From NCBI GenBank assembly GCA_003251775.1, contig QKEK01000012.1:4393-68392 (forward strand): a DNA stretch of 64,000 nucleotides, written 5' to 3'. Positions 35,241-44,650 of this stretch are shown piece by piece. How positions within the stretch are numbered: the stretch's first letter is position 1; each line of letters opens with the position of its first letter. The DNA comes from Clostridia bacterium (lineage in GTDB: Bacteria > Bacillota > Clostridia > DSM-8532 > SZUA-474). The notes under the pieces are model-generated. The model ran no database searches. It was given only the letters and a program-made list of their open reading frames with translations, and had not been told where the DNA came from. The position numbers and the translations under genes were made by a program.

Positions 35241-35762
35241 ATGAAGCATATAAATCTTCCGTTAACTGAAGAGATTATTGAAAATTTAACTATGGGGGAT
35301 GAGGTTCTCCTTACAGGAACACTACTTGTTGGTAGAGATCAGGCTCACAAGAGGCTTTGTGAATTATTAGATTGCGGTAAGAGCCTTCCTGTTGAACTGG
35401 AGGGTGAAACAATATTTTATATGGGGCCATCTCCAGCCCCCAAGGATTTTGTTATTGGAGCTTGTGGACCTACAACTTCTTCCAGAATGGATGCATTTAC
35501 ACCTAAACTTCTGGATAAGGGACTAAAGGGTATGATTGGAAAAGGCCCAAGATATGGAGATGTCGCCCAGTCGATAGTCAAAAACAAGGCTGTCTATTTC
35601 TACTCATTTGGAGGATGTGGTGCATTATATGCAGAAAAAGTTATTAGCAGTACTGTTGCAGCCTTTGATGATCTTGGCCCGGAAGCTATTAGACGACTGG
35701 AAGTTAAAGATTTTCCGGTAATTGTTGCAATAGATTCCAGGGGGAACAATATCTACAGCTAG
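35241..35762 (+). CDS. Fe-S type hydro-lyase beta subunit (fumarate hydratase / tartrate dehydratase)
   Basis: GPTTSSRMD and GKG motifs. Starts immediately after the alpha-subunit stop. Confidence 0.9.
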   Translation: MKHINLPLTEEIIENLTMGDEVLLTGTLLVGRDQAHKRLCELLDCGKSLPVELEGETIFYMGPSPAPKDFVIGACGPTTSSRMDAFTPKLLDKGLKGMIGKGPRYGDVAQSIVKNKAVYFYSFGGCGALYAEKVISSTVAAFDDLGPEAIRRLEVKDFPVIVAIDSRGNNIYS

Positions 35763-36455
35763 TTATGTATGGAATATTTTTTTTAGATCCACCCTTTTGC
35801 TAAAAATGTGGTGGAGGTAGAGCAGGAATACAGCAATCGGAACCAGTGCAACTGTTGTAATTAGGGACCAGGTAAATTTAAACTGCATATACAGATAGTT
35901 TTGTATAATAAGATCAATACCAAGGGATATTAAAGCAATTCCAAGGATAATATATCCAGCAGCATTGGTACCTCTATCCTTGCTTTTGTATATAAGATAG
36001 ACCACAAAAAAAGTTATAATGGAAGTAATACCACTAATCGGAAGAGATATTCTTAAGAAGAAATTGGCAAATGGTATATAGTAGTCCAACATAAAAAGCA
36101 TAAGTAGAAAAAACAAAATAATGACTACTACCCTTACCCAGCTTTTTAAATATAGGGCACCACATATAATCAGTGCCATGGTAAAAACCGGGATAATAGC
36201 AAAATATGCCCAATTAACCATTCTGTCAAAATAGAGATCCGCAGTTACTGAAATAGCCGAAACAATTATTGCAAAAAATAGTGCTGCACCTGAAAATATA
36301 CTCTTTTTTTGACTTTTTGACAGAAAGGTTACTTTTTTCTCAGACATAACCTCATGACTAAATGGTTTGGTGTGAATGTTATGTTTTATCACATATCCGC
36401 AAAGTGGACAGATTTTACTTTCAACTTCTACACCGCATTTGGGACAATAAGCCAT
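35763..36455 (-). CDS. Zinc-ribbon-anchored polytopic membrane protein, unknown function
   Basis: N-terminal CPKCG...CPLCG followed by about 6 TM segments. Confidence 0.5.
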   Translation of the reverse strand: MAYCPKCGVEVESKICPLCGYVIKHNIHTKPFSHEVMSEKKVTFLSKSQKKSIFSGAALFFAIIVSAISVTADLYFDRMVNWAYFAIIPVFTMALIICGALYLKSWVRVVVIILFFLLMLFMLDYYIPFANFFLRISLPISGITSIITFFVVYLIYKSKDRGTNAAGYIILGIALISLGIDLIIQNYLYMQFKFTWSLITTVALVPIAVFLLYLHHIFSKRVDLKKIFHT

Positions 36456-36557
36456 AATAAACCTCTCTATGTCAATCCTATCATCATCATATAATTATTA
36501 CTACAAAAATGGAAATTATACTTTGTAAATTATGGTAAACTGGATGATAATAAAAGT

Positions 36558-38957
36558 ATGGGTAATAGTTTAAGTGTTTGTGTCTTGGTTCCGGAATTAA
36601 ATGATAATCCATCTCAGGAGATAATTGCTGGTATAGTTAACAGAGCATCTTTTATGGGTATTGAAATTACTGTAATTTCTGCCGGTGCTATAATGCATAA
36701 AAAATTCAGCCTGAAGGATAAAAGGCTTCTTTATAAAAGTGTAATCGAGGAGAATCACTTTGACGGTATTATTTCTCTTTCCGGCTCTTTCAGTTTTTAT
36801 TATAGTAGTGATGAGATAAAAGAATTCCTTAATAGTATAGCTAAAAGTACACCCCTGGTTAATGTATCTATTAAAATACAGGGTTATCACTCGGTATCTG
36901 TAGATAATGTAACTCCCATAAAAGAAGTTGTTAATCATTTAATTATAGATCATAAAAAAAAGAAGATTATGTTTATCAAAGGACCTCTAGGCCAGGATGA
37001 AGCAGAAGCCAGATTTTCCGGTTATTGTGAAGCATTGAAGGAGAACGGATTTAATCTGGATAATGACTATGTTCTTGAAGGAAATTTCTCAACCCAGAAA
37101 GCAAGTGAATCAATTAAACTTTTTATCGAAAGTGGACTTGAGTTACCGGATGCAATAGTCTGTGCTAACGACGAATCTGCTCTTGGAGTCTATACACAGT
37201 TAAAAAACAGCAAAATAGATATAAAAAAGCAGGGAATATCCCTTACCGGGTATGATAACAGAAGTTACGGGAAAAGTATGGATCCGGGTCTGACAACCAT
37301 AGATCAACTATTTGAAAAGCAGGGAAAGACCGCAATAGAGAACCTTTTTACTCTAATACGTAACGGGGATGTTAATAATGAACCATTTATTCCAAAAATA
37401 TTTTACAGAGAGAGCTGTGGATGTAGCTCTAAAAATGATGATTTTGAGACTCGAAAAGGTTTAACCAACTTTATAAGTAACCGTTTTTATAATAATGGTA
37501 TTGAAGGGCTGGAGGATGATGTTAGTGCAATTGATGAAATATTCTTCAAGATTCTTGATTATCCGGATTACGATTTTGTACAGGAAATTGAGTATTACAT
37601 AAATAAATATATTTATAAGGGGTATGACCTAAAGCTTTTTGCCGAAATGCTAAAAATAGTAAATGTAAGAGTTCTACCCCGATTGGAAAAGGAACAACTA
37701 ATAAGTTATTTCAATCAGATAGACAGAATAAATTTTTTAATTGTAGAAGCTATTAGCAGACAGACCGAGAGAGAACTTCACAGAGTAGATGAGCAGATAA
37801 AAGAACTGGATGATATCTCTCTGACCCTGTCATCCTGTATTTCCTACGAATCTCTCTCTGAAGAGCTAAACAGAGACTTTTTTCATTTAGGAATAAAGAG
37901 AGTAAGTATAAGAATAGAGAACTCATCAAATCCCCATATTACCCAGTTAAATAACAGAATCTATGAAAAAGGGGACTCTTTAAACCGAACAATAAAAAAC
38001 TATATAAATCTTATTCTTCCTTTAAGTTCCAAGAAAAATTTTGGTTATTGTCACTATCATGTTCTACATGAGAGTTTTCATAATGCAGAAGTAATTACAT
38101 TTCAGCTTTCCCGGGCTCTCTATCTTATAGACTTGCTGGATGATCTGTATTTACAGTTAAAAACAATAAATAACGATTATAGGAATTTAAGAGAGACAAA
38201 AGATCTGTTAATGCGTAACGATAATCTGGCGAATATCGGTGGACTGGTTGCGGGATTTACCCATGAGATAAATACACCTATAGGTGTCGGACTTACAGCC
38301 ATTACCTATCTTCTGGATGAGATAAAGGGGATAAAGAAAACTTTTAACAATAACATTTTAAGAAAATCAGATATGAGCAGCTTTATAGAAAATTCCCAGA
38401 AGACAACTGAGATAGTTTTAAACAATCTGGAAAAGGCAATAACACTTATACAGGGATTTAAACAGATCTCGGTTGATCAGGCTAGTGAACTTAAAAGACC
38501 TTTTGAGTTATGCAGTTATATGCAGGAGATAGTGCAATCTATAAATCCGGTTTTAAGAAATGGGAATCATCGGGTAAAACTACACCACTCCCAGGAGATT
38601 AATCTTGACTCATACCCTGGTGCAGTATCCCAGATAATAACAAATTTAATACAGAATAGTGTAAAACATGGGTTTGAAAATATTGTAAATGGAACAATTA
38701 ATATCTCAATTTTTAAGGATGATGATAATGTAATTATTGACTACAGGGATAATGGTTGTGGAATAAAAAGTGAGTATATCTATAAAATATTTGACCCATA
38801 CTACACTACAAAAGTAGGTAAAGGTGGAAGTGGGTTAGGCTTGTCAATTATAAAAAAGATTACAGAGGAAAAACTCCATGGCACCATTATATGTGATCCT
38901 GTTTTTGAAAATGGTGTCTGCTTCAAGATTACAATACCCTATAGTAAAAACAGTTAG
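36558..38957 (+). CDS. Soluble sensor histidine kinase with an N-terminal LacI/PBP1-type sugar-binding domain (no HTH, no TM)
   Basis: Residues 1-290 carry LacI-effector-domain landmarks (VCVLVPELNDNPSQEIIAGI, DAIVCANDESALGV, LTGYDN...TTIDQ). The C-terminus has H-box GFTHEINTPIGV and G-box GGSGLGLSI. Confidence 0.85.
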   Translation: MGNSLSVCVLVPELNDNPSQEIIAGIVNRASFMGIEITVISAGAIMHKKFSLKDKRLLYKSVIEENHFDGIISLSGSFSFYYSSDEIKEFLNSIAKSTPLVNVSIKIQGYHSVSVDNVTPIKEVVNHLIIDHKKKKIMFIKGPLGQDEAEARFSGYCEALKENGFNLDNDYVLEGNFSTQKASESIKLFIESGLELPDAIVCANDESALGVYTQLKNSKIDIKKQGISLTGYDNRSYGKSMDPGLTTIDQLFEKQGKTAIENLFTLIRNGDVNNEPFIPKIFYRESCGCSSKNDDFETRKGLTNFISNRFYNNGIEGLEDDVSAIDEIFFKILDYPDYDFVQEIEYYINKYIYKGYDLKLFAEMLKIVNVRVLPRLEKEQLISYFNQIDRINFLIVEAISRQTERELHRVDEQIKELDDISLTLSSCISYESLSEELNRDFFHLGIKRVSIRIENSSNPHITQLNNRIYEKGDSLNRTIKNYINLILPLSSKKNFGYCHYHVLHESFHNAEVITFQLSRALYLIDLLDDLYLQLKTINNDYRNLRETKDLLMRNDNLANIGGLVAGFTHEINTPIGVGLTAITYLLDEIKGIKKTFNNNILRKSDMSSFIENSQKTTEIVLNNLEKAITLIQGFKQISVDQASELKRPFELCSYMQEIVQSINPVLRNGNHRVKLHHSQEINLDSYPGAVSQIITNLIQNSVKHGFENIVNGTINISIFKDDDNVIIDYRDNGCGIKSEYIYKIFDPYYTTKVGKGGSGLGLSIIKKITEEKLHGTIICDPVFENGVCFKITIPYSKNS

Positions 38958-39361
38958 TTTTCTGTTAACAGTGCCTTTATAGTTTTCCATGGTAGAAGAG
39001 CACAGCTTTTTCTTGCAGGGTATTGTTGCATCTCTTTAAACACTTCAAGAACAGTGAATTTATCATTAAAAGTAATATCTTCACCATTAATAAAGTTTAT
39101 AAAGTCATCAATCAGTTCCATGGGAGCCTCAGCATCTTTTATTACACTACAGAGAATATCTGCAGAAGCCATACTAATGGCACAACCGTTACCTGTATAG
39201 GTCAGATCCTTTACTTTGTTACAGTCACACTTTGCATAAAGGGTTATACTGTCTCCACAGGATGGATTAACACCATCTTTTCTAAAATCTGAATCTGGAA
39301 TATCTCTTTTATACTCTGGATTTCTAAAATGTTTCATTAATGTTTCTTTGTAGAGACTCAT
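38954..39361 (-). CDS. sufU: SufU/IscU-like Fe-S cluster scaffold or sulfur acceptor
   Basis: NPSCGDSITL, GNGCAISMASAD and C-terminal SCALLP motifs. 4-nt overlap with sufS. Confidence 0.85.
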   Translation of the reverse strand: MSLYKETLMKHFRNPEYKRDIPDSDFRKDGVNPSCGDSITLYAKCDCNKVKDLTYTGNGCAISMASADILCSVIKDAEAPMELIDDFINFINGEDITFNDKFTVLEVFKEMQQYPARKSCALLPWKTIKALLTEN

Positions 39362-40533
39362 AAAAAAAACTCCTTAATTCTTTCTATACATTTTATAACT
39401 TTATCAACCTCATCCCTTGTATTAAAAATGGACAGGGATATTCTAATTACGCCTCCAACTTCCATATTGGTAAAAAAAGGAGATGCACAGAGATTCCCGG
39501 TTCTTAGAATAATATTTTCTGAATCAAAAAAGTCGGAAGCATCATGGGGATGAACTCCATCAATATTAAAACTGATTATTGATCCGGGTTTAGAGTAAAT
39601 TGTAATTCCACCTACTTGCTCCAGTGAATCAATAAGGTATCTGGATAGAGAATTGATCTGGTTTTCATTATCAATGTTGATTATTTTATCAAGAAGATCC
39701 AGGGTTGTTCCGAATGCATAAATTGCTGCTGAATTCTGAGTTCCGGACTCCAGTTTAGCAGGTAACTCCTTATAGTGTATCTCTGTTTTGTTAGTTATAT
39801 AGGAGACCATATTGCCACCATAATTTATGGGAGTAAACTCTTTTAGTAACTCACTCTTTCCATATAGAACACCTAGACCAAATGGCCCATAAATTTTATG
39901 GGCAGAAAATGTAAGAAAATCTGGATCAATTTTGTTTAGATCAATCTCTTTATGGCAAATCAGTTGAGCTGCATCAATAAGAATCTTGCTACCTTTTTTT
40001 CTACATACAGATATTACTCTCTCAATATCACTTATAGCCCCGGTAACATTTGACATACCGGTAATTGATGTAATAAAGGTCTTCTCATCAACTAATTTTT
40101 CTAAAGCATCATAATCAATATTATAATTTTTTAATGGTACAATCCTGCTCTCTATACCAAGATCCCTGGATAAAATGAGCCATGGGACATAGTTTGAGTG
40201 GTGCTCCAGTTGAGTAATTACAATATTTGCATTTTGGGGAATATTGTTTCTAACATAGGAGTTTGCTACCATATTTATACTGTCTGTACAGTTCTTTGTA
40301 AAAACTATCTCCCCGGAGTTATTGCAACCTATAAATTCAGATACCTGTGTTCTAATTTTCTCTATCTGTTGAGTCGTATTATAGTTATGTTTGTTTGAAC
40401 CTCTGCCTGTGTTTACAGCAAGATTCTTATAATAATCGGATTCTGAATCTATAACACTTTGGGGTTTAAGGCTTGTGGCTGCTGAATCCATATAAATAAA
40501 ACCCTTTTTTAAAAAAGGGAAAAGATTTTCCAT
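39358..40533 (-). CDS. sufS: Cysteine desulfurase, SufS-like (class V aminotransferase)
   Basis: PLP lysine FSAHKIYGP and catalytic loop RTGNLCASP. The start is set at ATG 40533 (MENLFPFLKKGFIYMDSAAT). The 81-codon upstream extension in the ORF track is low-complexity and would overlap the divergent gene. Confidence 0.9.
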   Translation of the reverse strand: MENLFPFLKKGFIYMDSAATSLKPQSVIDSESDYYKNLAVNTGRGSNKHNYNTTQQIEKIRTQVSEFIGCNNSGEIVFTKNCTDSINMVANSYVRNNIPQNANIVITQLEHHSNYVPWLILSRDLGIESRIVPLKNYNIDYDALEKLVDEKTFITSITGMSNVTGAISDIERVISVCRKKGSKILIDAAQLICHKEIDLNKIDPDFLTFSAHKIYGPFGLGVLYGKSELLKEFTPINYGGNMVSYITNKTEIHYKELPAKLESGTQNSAAIYAFGTTLDLLDKIINIDNENQINSLSRYLIDSLEQVGGITIYSKPGSIISFNIDGVHPHDASDFFDSENIILRTGNLCASPFFTNMEVGGVIRISLSIFNTRDEVDKVIKCIERIKEFFL

Positions 40534-40609
40534 CTTATTAATATAACCTTTAACAATATAAAACATCAATAAGTTGTTTTTATAGGATTTAAAGTATAAA
40601 ATATATAAT

Positions 40610-41674
40610 ATGAAAGAAGTTCCATACATGATAAAATCCATAAGAAATTTACTGTTGATACTATTAATAATTTTAGCTCTGTTTGTTATGAACACTTTAG
40701 CTAAAATAATACTCCCACTTGTTGTTGCTATTATGTTTGTTCTACTATACGAGCCGATATTTTCGTTTTTACACAAAAGGAAAATTCCGGTAATTCTAAT
40801 TACTCCAATACTTGCGGTTTCAACAATTATACTTCTTTTTTTTATAATCCAGATTTTTGTGGATTCAACCCAGACTATATATCATGACCGGGTTATTCTT
40901 GGGCAGCTTCTTTATCAAAAAATTCTATCAATATTAAATTATATTGGTTCTATTACACCTTTAAAACTGGATGCAACTTTTTTAGAGTCCTGGATTGATA
41001 ATATCTTTTCTGAAGCAACATTATCCTCCTTTGGAAAGAGTAGCATTAGTGCTTTAAGCTCCTTTGGAAGCTCTTTTTTTATGTTTAGCCTCTACTTTCT
41101 AATTCTTTTATTCAGTATGCCCGGGTATGATAATTATATAAAATATATAGCAGGGAAGGATAAAGGGTTTCTTTTGAATTCTAAACATATACAGAAGTCA
41201 ATTGTCTCTTATATGACTGTAAAATTTTTTGTAAGTCTGGTAACAGGAACAATTGCACTATTAGTCTGTCTCATCTTTGGGGTGAATTATGCAATTTTCT
41301 GGGGATTTGTTACATTTTTATTAAATTTTATACCAACAATAGGTTCAATAATTGCAACAATTTTACCTACATTAATGGCTTTTGTTCAATTTGAGTCTCT
41401 ATTTAAAATATTTCTTTTTCTAAGTATTCTCTTTGGTGTTCAGTTGGCAATTGGACAAATTATTGAACCAAAGATTATGGGGAACAGACTTCAGCTTAAT
41501 ACTGTTACAATAATATTCGGTCTTGTTTTCTGGTCTTTTATCTGGGGTATAGCAGGAGCATTTTTATCGGTGCCACTATTGGTAATTCTTAAAATCTTTC
41601 TGCAAAATAATGACTCATTTGTTTTTATGAGCAGAATTATGGGTCGTCCAGGTAAGCATGGATTAATAGGTTAG
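40610..41674 (+). CDS. AI-2E family transporter (PerM/UPF0118)
   Basis: Polytopic, with the family-typical NFIPTIGSIIATILP segment. Confidence 0.85.
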   Translation: MKEVPYMIKSIRNLLLILLIILALFVMNTLAKIILPLVVAIMFVLLYEPIFSFLHKRKIPVILITPILAVSTIILLFFIIQIFVDSTQTIYHDRVILGQLLYQKILSILNYIGSITPLKLDATFLESWIDNIFSEATLSSFGKSSISALSSFGSSFFMFSLYFLILLFSMPGYDNYIKYIAGKDKGFLLNSKHIQKSIVSYMTVKFFVSLVTGTIALLVCLIFGVNYAIFWGFVTFLLNFIPTIGSIIATILPTLMAFVQFESLFKIFLFLSILFGVQLAIGQIIEPKIMGNRLQLNTVTIIFGLVFWSFIWGIAGAFLSVPLLVILKIFLQNNDSFVFMSRIMGRPGKHGLIG

Positions 41675-41675
41675 G

Positions 41676-41975
41676 CTATCTCTCTTTTCTGTGTAACACA
41701 TTAAAATAGAGTTTCAGCTTTGTAATAAAACTCATATTTACAAACCTAATACCGTACTTATTACCATTATCTGTCCATATAACATGTCCAGAGATTTTTA
41801 GCATCTTATTACCTTTGTAAAATATATAGAAAGGTATATCTGTATTTATAGGTAACAGAATATTTGCATTAATCTGCATACCTTTTCTGCTTATGTTTAT
41901 AGTCTCTCCGGTTATTCTGTAGCACTCTATTTTGGATAGAACCATAAATCTTTTATATCTTCTTTTATCTACCAT
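41676..41975 (-). CDS. PilZ-domain protein (c-di-GMP receptor)
   Basis: RRYKR (RxxxR) and NISRKG (D/NxSxxG) at canonical spacing. 99 aa. Confidence 0.75.
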   Translation of the reverse strand: MVDKRRYKRFMVLSKIECYRITGETINISRKGMQINANILLPINTDIPFYIFYKGNKMLKISGHVIWTDNGNKYGIRFVNMSFITKLKLYFNVLHRKER

Positions 41976-42542
41976 TTAATACGTCCATTTTCTCGAATAG
42001 TCAAAAACAATAAGATTTTCATCTAAAATCTCACCTGTTGATTTATTAAATATATATAATCTGTGTTCGTTATAAACAAGATTAGATAACTTATTAAAAT
42101 ATTCAGTCTGTATCTCTTCAACATCCTCGGATGATTTAAATACAGATACTGTAATTTCTTTGGAAACTCTACCTATTATAACACTAAAATAGTTTAATTG
42201 CTTACTTCGTACATCAATAATTGCGAATTTTTCCTGTTTATGAAATTTTGCAAACTCTTCAGCCTTCTCTATTGTTGGAAATGAGTTGTAATAAACAGAA
42301 TCCAGAGGATTGGTAAAATTAAATTTATTACTTGTAAGAAAAAGAATATACGGGTGCATGTTTATTCCATTCATTTCACTATTTGCTGTTTTATATGTCT
42401 CCTTGTCAAAAATTACCTTACCCTCAGAGTCATACTTAAAGGTTAAAACAGAGTCACAAACCGGACATGGTTGTGGTTCAATCCTTTTAAGAGTGGAGGA
42501 TGGAATTAAGTATTGACATTTAAGACAGTGAATATTTGGCAT
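41976..42542 (-). CDS. Zinc-ribbon protein of unknown function
   Basis: N-terminal CLKC...CPVC. The stop directly abuts the PilZ start (TAAATG). Confidence 0.5.
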   Translation of the reverse strand: MPNIHCLKCQYLIPSSTLKRIEPQPCPVCDSVLTFKYDSEGKVIFDKETYKTANSEMNGINMHPYILFLTSNKFNFTNPLDSVYYNSFPTIEKAEEFAKFHKQEKFAIIDVRSKQLNYFSVIIGRVSKEITVSVFKSSEDVEEIQTEYFNKLSNLVYNEHRLYIFNKSTGEILDENLIVFDYSRKWTY

Positions 42543-42695
42543 ATACCGTCCTTATATTTTTAAATTATTATGAAATATTCTTTATAAATAGTATCATAAT
42601 TTGATTGCATAGTTAATATAAATTACAATTTATTTAAATAAGCAGTAACAGATGTAGCTATAATTGTGTTAAATATATGTGGAGAGGAACTAATT

Positions 42696-43202
42696 ATGAA
42701 AAAAATATTACTTTTAAATCTGTTTTTATTATGGGGATATACCTTATTTGCCAGCGGTGGTGGGGTATATTATGGAAATTATAATTATAACAGTAGGTTT
42801 TCCAATATAGATATGTCAAAAATGTATTATTATGGTGGCTACGGTTACGGGTCAGACTATGATGGTAACAGAAACGGAGGCTTTGGTCTTGTTATTTTTT
42901 CAGAAGATCCTTCAGATAATATATATCAGGGTGCCTTTGGAGGATTTATAAGGGGTAAAGAAGCAACCTTTGGCCCATTAATGTTTTCTGCAAACATCTG
43001 GACAGGAGTTGGCCATACCTGGCAAGGGGTCTCTTTAATTGCTGATATAAATGGTGAGATTGGGTTTGCTGTTTTTCCCTGGATGCAGGTAGCAGTTTAT
43101 GGAGGAATGCAGGGTACAACAAGCTTTATGGATATTTTTGATACATATACCTATACTCCTGTTTTTGGAGCAAGAATTGTCTGGGGAGATTTTGAATCAT
43201 AA
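42696..43202 (+). CDS. Small secreted Gly/Tyr-rich protein, possible beta-barrel
   Basis: Signal peptide MKKILLLNLFLLWGYTLFA after GGAGAGG. A YYGNYNYN...YYYGGYGYG tract follows. The ORF track starts at GTG 42666. Confidence 0.5.
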   Translation: MKKILLLNLFLLWGYTLFASGGGVYYGNYNYNSRFSNIDMSKMYYYGGYGYGSDYDGNRNGGFGLVIFSEDPSDNIYQGAFGGFIRGKEATFGPLMFSANIWTGVGHTWQGVSLIADINGEIGFAVFPWMQVAVYGGMQGTTSFMDIFDTYTYTPVFGARIVWGDFES

Positions 43203-43223
43203 TTTTTAATCGAATTTATAAAT

Positions 43224-43263
43224 AAAAAAAGAGCCATACAATTAACAATTGTACATTGGCTCT
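43224..43263 (-). terminator. Intrinsic terminator of hpt
   Basis: On the minus strand, a long bulged hairpin (AGAGCCA...TGGCTCT with inner AATTGTA/TACAATT) is followed by T7. Confidence 0.6.
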
Positions 43264-43350
43264 TAGAGTAAAATATGAAAATAGTTTAAATATAGGGGTA
43301 ATTTATACTGTTTATGTATTTTATGCAATAGTGAAATACGAAAAATGATA

Positions 43351-43887
43351 TTAATCCTGGGAAACAATACCTATGTATGGAAGATTTCTATATTTTTGAG
43401 CAAAATCAAGCCCCATACCACCAACAAAGTGATCATCTATATCAAATCCGTTAAAATCTATATTAACATCTTTTTTTCTTCTTGAAGGCTTATTTAACAG
43501 AGTACATATTTTCATTGATTTTGGATTTCTCGTAGAAAGAATTTCCTCTATTTTGGTTAGAGTAATACCTGTATCAATAATATCCTCAACAATTAGAACA
43601 TGACGTCCCGCAATATGCGTATCTATATCTTTAAGAATTGTTACCTCAGTATTTTCCATAGAGTCTCCATAACTTGAAGCTATCATAAAATCAACAACCA
43701 GAGGTGTACTCATCTTTTTAACCAGGTCCGACATAAATATAAATGAACCTTTAAGGAGACCAATGACTACCAATGGAGTCTCTATATCTCTATACTCCAT
43801 ATCTATTAATTTTGATAATTCATTAATTTTCTCTTGAATAATTTTTTCTTCTATTAAAACTGACTTAATTCCTTCCGGTAAAATCAT
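43351..43887 (-). CDS. hpt: Hypoxanthine-guanine phosphoribosyltransferase
   Basis: PRPP motif VLIVEDIIDTGITL and 178 aa, typical of Hpt. Confidence 0.9.
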   Translation of the reverse strand: MILPEGIKSVLIEEKIIQEKINELSKLIDMEYRDIETPLVVIGLLKGSFIFMSDLVKKMSTPLVVDFMIASSYGDSMENTEVTILKDIDTHIAGRHVLIVEDIIDTGITLTKIEEILSTRNPKSMKICTLLNKPSRRKKDVNIDFNGFDIDDHFVGGMGLDFAQKYRNLPYIGIVSQD

Positions 43888-43987
43888 AAATCCTCCTGTT
43901 TTTTATCTATACTACTTTATTTTTAAAAAAAAGTAACACTTTAGTAAATTAGTGAAGTTAAATTTGTAAATGTATTAGGAGTTATAT

Positions 43988-44506
43988 ATGAAAAAGAATT
44001 TTGTTTTAATAGTAATGATATTAGTTTCAGTAACATTGTTTTCCAGAGATAGGAAGTTTGATGATAAATTGTCACTAAAAAGCAGTTATATTTTACCAAT
44101 AGAACAGACTGATTTTAATTCCAGTCTTGTTGTCGGTTTAGGTTTTGACTTTTGGGGAATCTTTGAATTTACTGGTAGTGCGTATCTGGAAATTGACAGA
44201 ACTAAATCCCAGTTTTCTGAAGTATTTCAGAGTCCTGATATTTTCTCTGCAGGGATAGGAATGAATATTCCTTTTGGAGGTTTCTATCTAAAGACTGATG
44301 CCCAAAGATTTTTCTCTGTTTCCAACAGATCCAGTGTCCTTAGTCTATCTAGCTATGTAAATTCCTATAAATTAGGGGTTGGGCTAGAGCTTTCAGACTC
44401 TGTTGAGTTGGAATTCTACCATAGAACCTTAACAAATAACGATATTGATATTATCAATGGGAAAAAACAGCAATTAATTGGTGCAGGAGTAATAGTAAAG
44501 ATATAA
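43988..44506 (+). CDS. Small secreted protein, possible outer-membrane beta-barrel
   Basis: Signal peptide MKKNFVLIVMILVSVTLFS and an alternating hydrophobic pattern. No recognised family. Confidence 0.45.
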   Translation: MKKNFVLIVMILVSVTLFSRDRKFDDKLSLKSSYILPIEQTDFNSSLVVGLGFDFWGIFEFTGSAYLEIDRTKSQFSEVFQSPDIFSAGIGMNIPFGGFYLKTDAQRFFSVSNRSSVLSLSSYVNSYKLGVGLELSDSVELEFYHRTLTNNDIDIINGKKQQLIGAGVIVKI

Positions 44507-44510
44507 AAAA

Positions 44511-44529
44511 AGACCCACAAAATGGGTCT
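44511..44529. terminator. Hairpin between the secreted-protein gene and the tRNA (possibly bidirectional)
   Basis: AGACCCA-caaaa-TGGGTCT, flanked by an upstream A tract and downstream tgttt. Confidence 0.5.
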
Positions 44530-44532
44530 GTT

Positions 44533-44614
44533 TACCAGTGACCGGACTCGAACCGGTACACCCGAAGGCGGAAGATTTTGAATCTACTGTGTCTACCAAT
44601 TTCACCACACTGGC
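44533..44614 (-). tRNA. tRNA-Leu (anticodon CAA), type II with a long variable arm
   Basis: Hand fold of GCCAGTGTGGTGAAATTGGTAGACACAGTAGATTCAAAATCTTCCGCCTTCGGGTGTACCGGTTCGAGTCCGGTCACTGGTA. Very similar to E. coli tRNA-Leu(CAA) as I recall it. The T-loop is GGTTCGAGTCC and no CCA is encoded. Confidence 0.85.
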
Positions 44615-44650
44615 ATGTGTTACAAAGATTATCCTTAAGTTAAATTTTTG

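Noticed and set aside
36597-36938. 113-aa antisense ORF at the 5' end of the LacI-kinase gene
   Set aside because: The sense frame carries clear LacI-effector-domain motifs, while the antisense product is Ile/Tyr/Asn-rich.
40534-40776. 81-codon N-terminal extension of the sufS ORF in the six-frame track
   Set aside because: The extension is low-complexity and would overlap the divergent AI-2E transporter gene. The conserved SufS sequence begins at ATG 40533.
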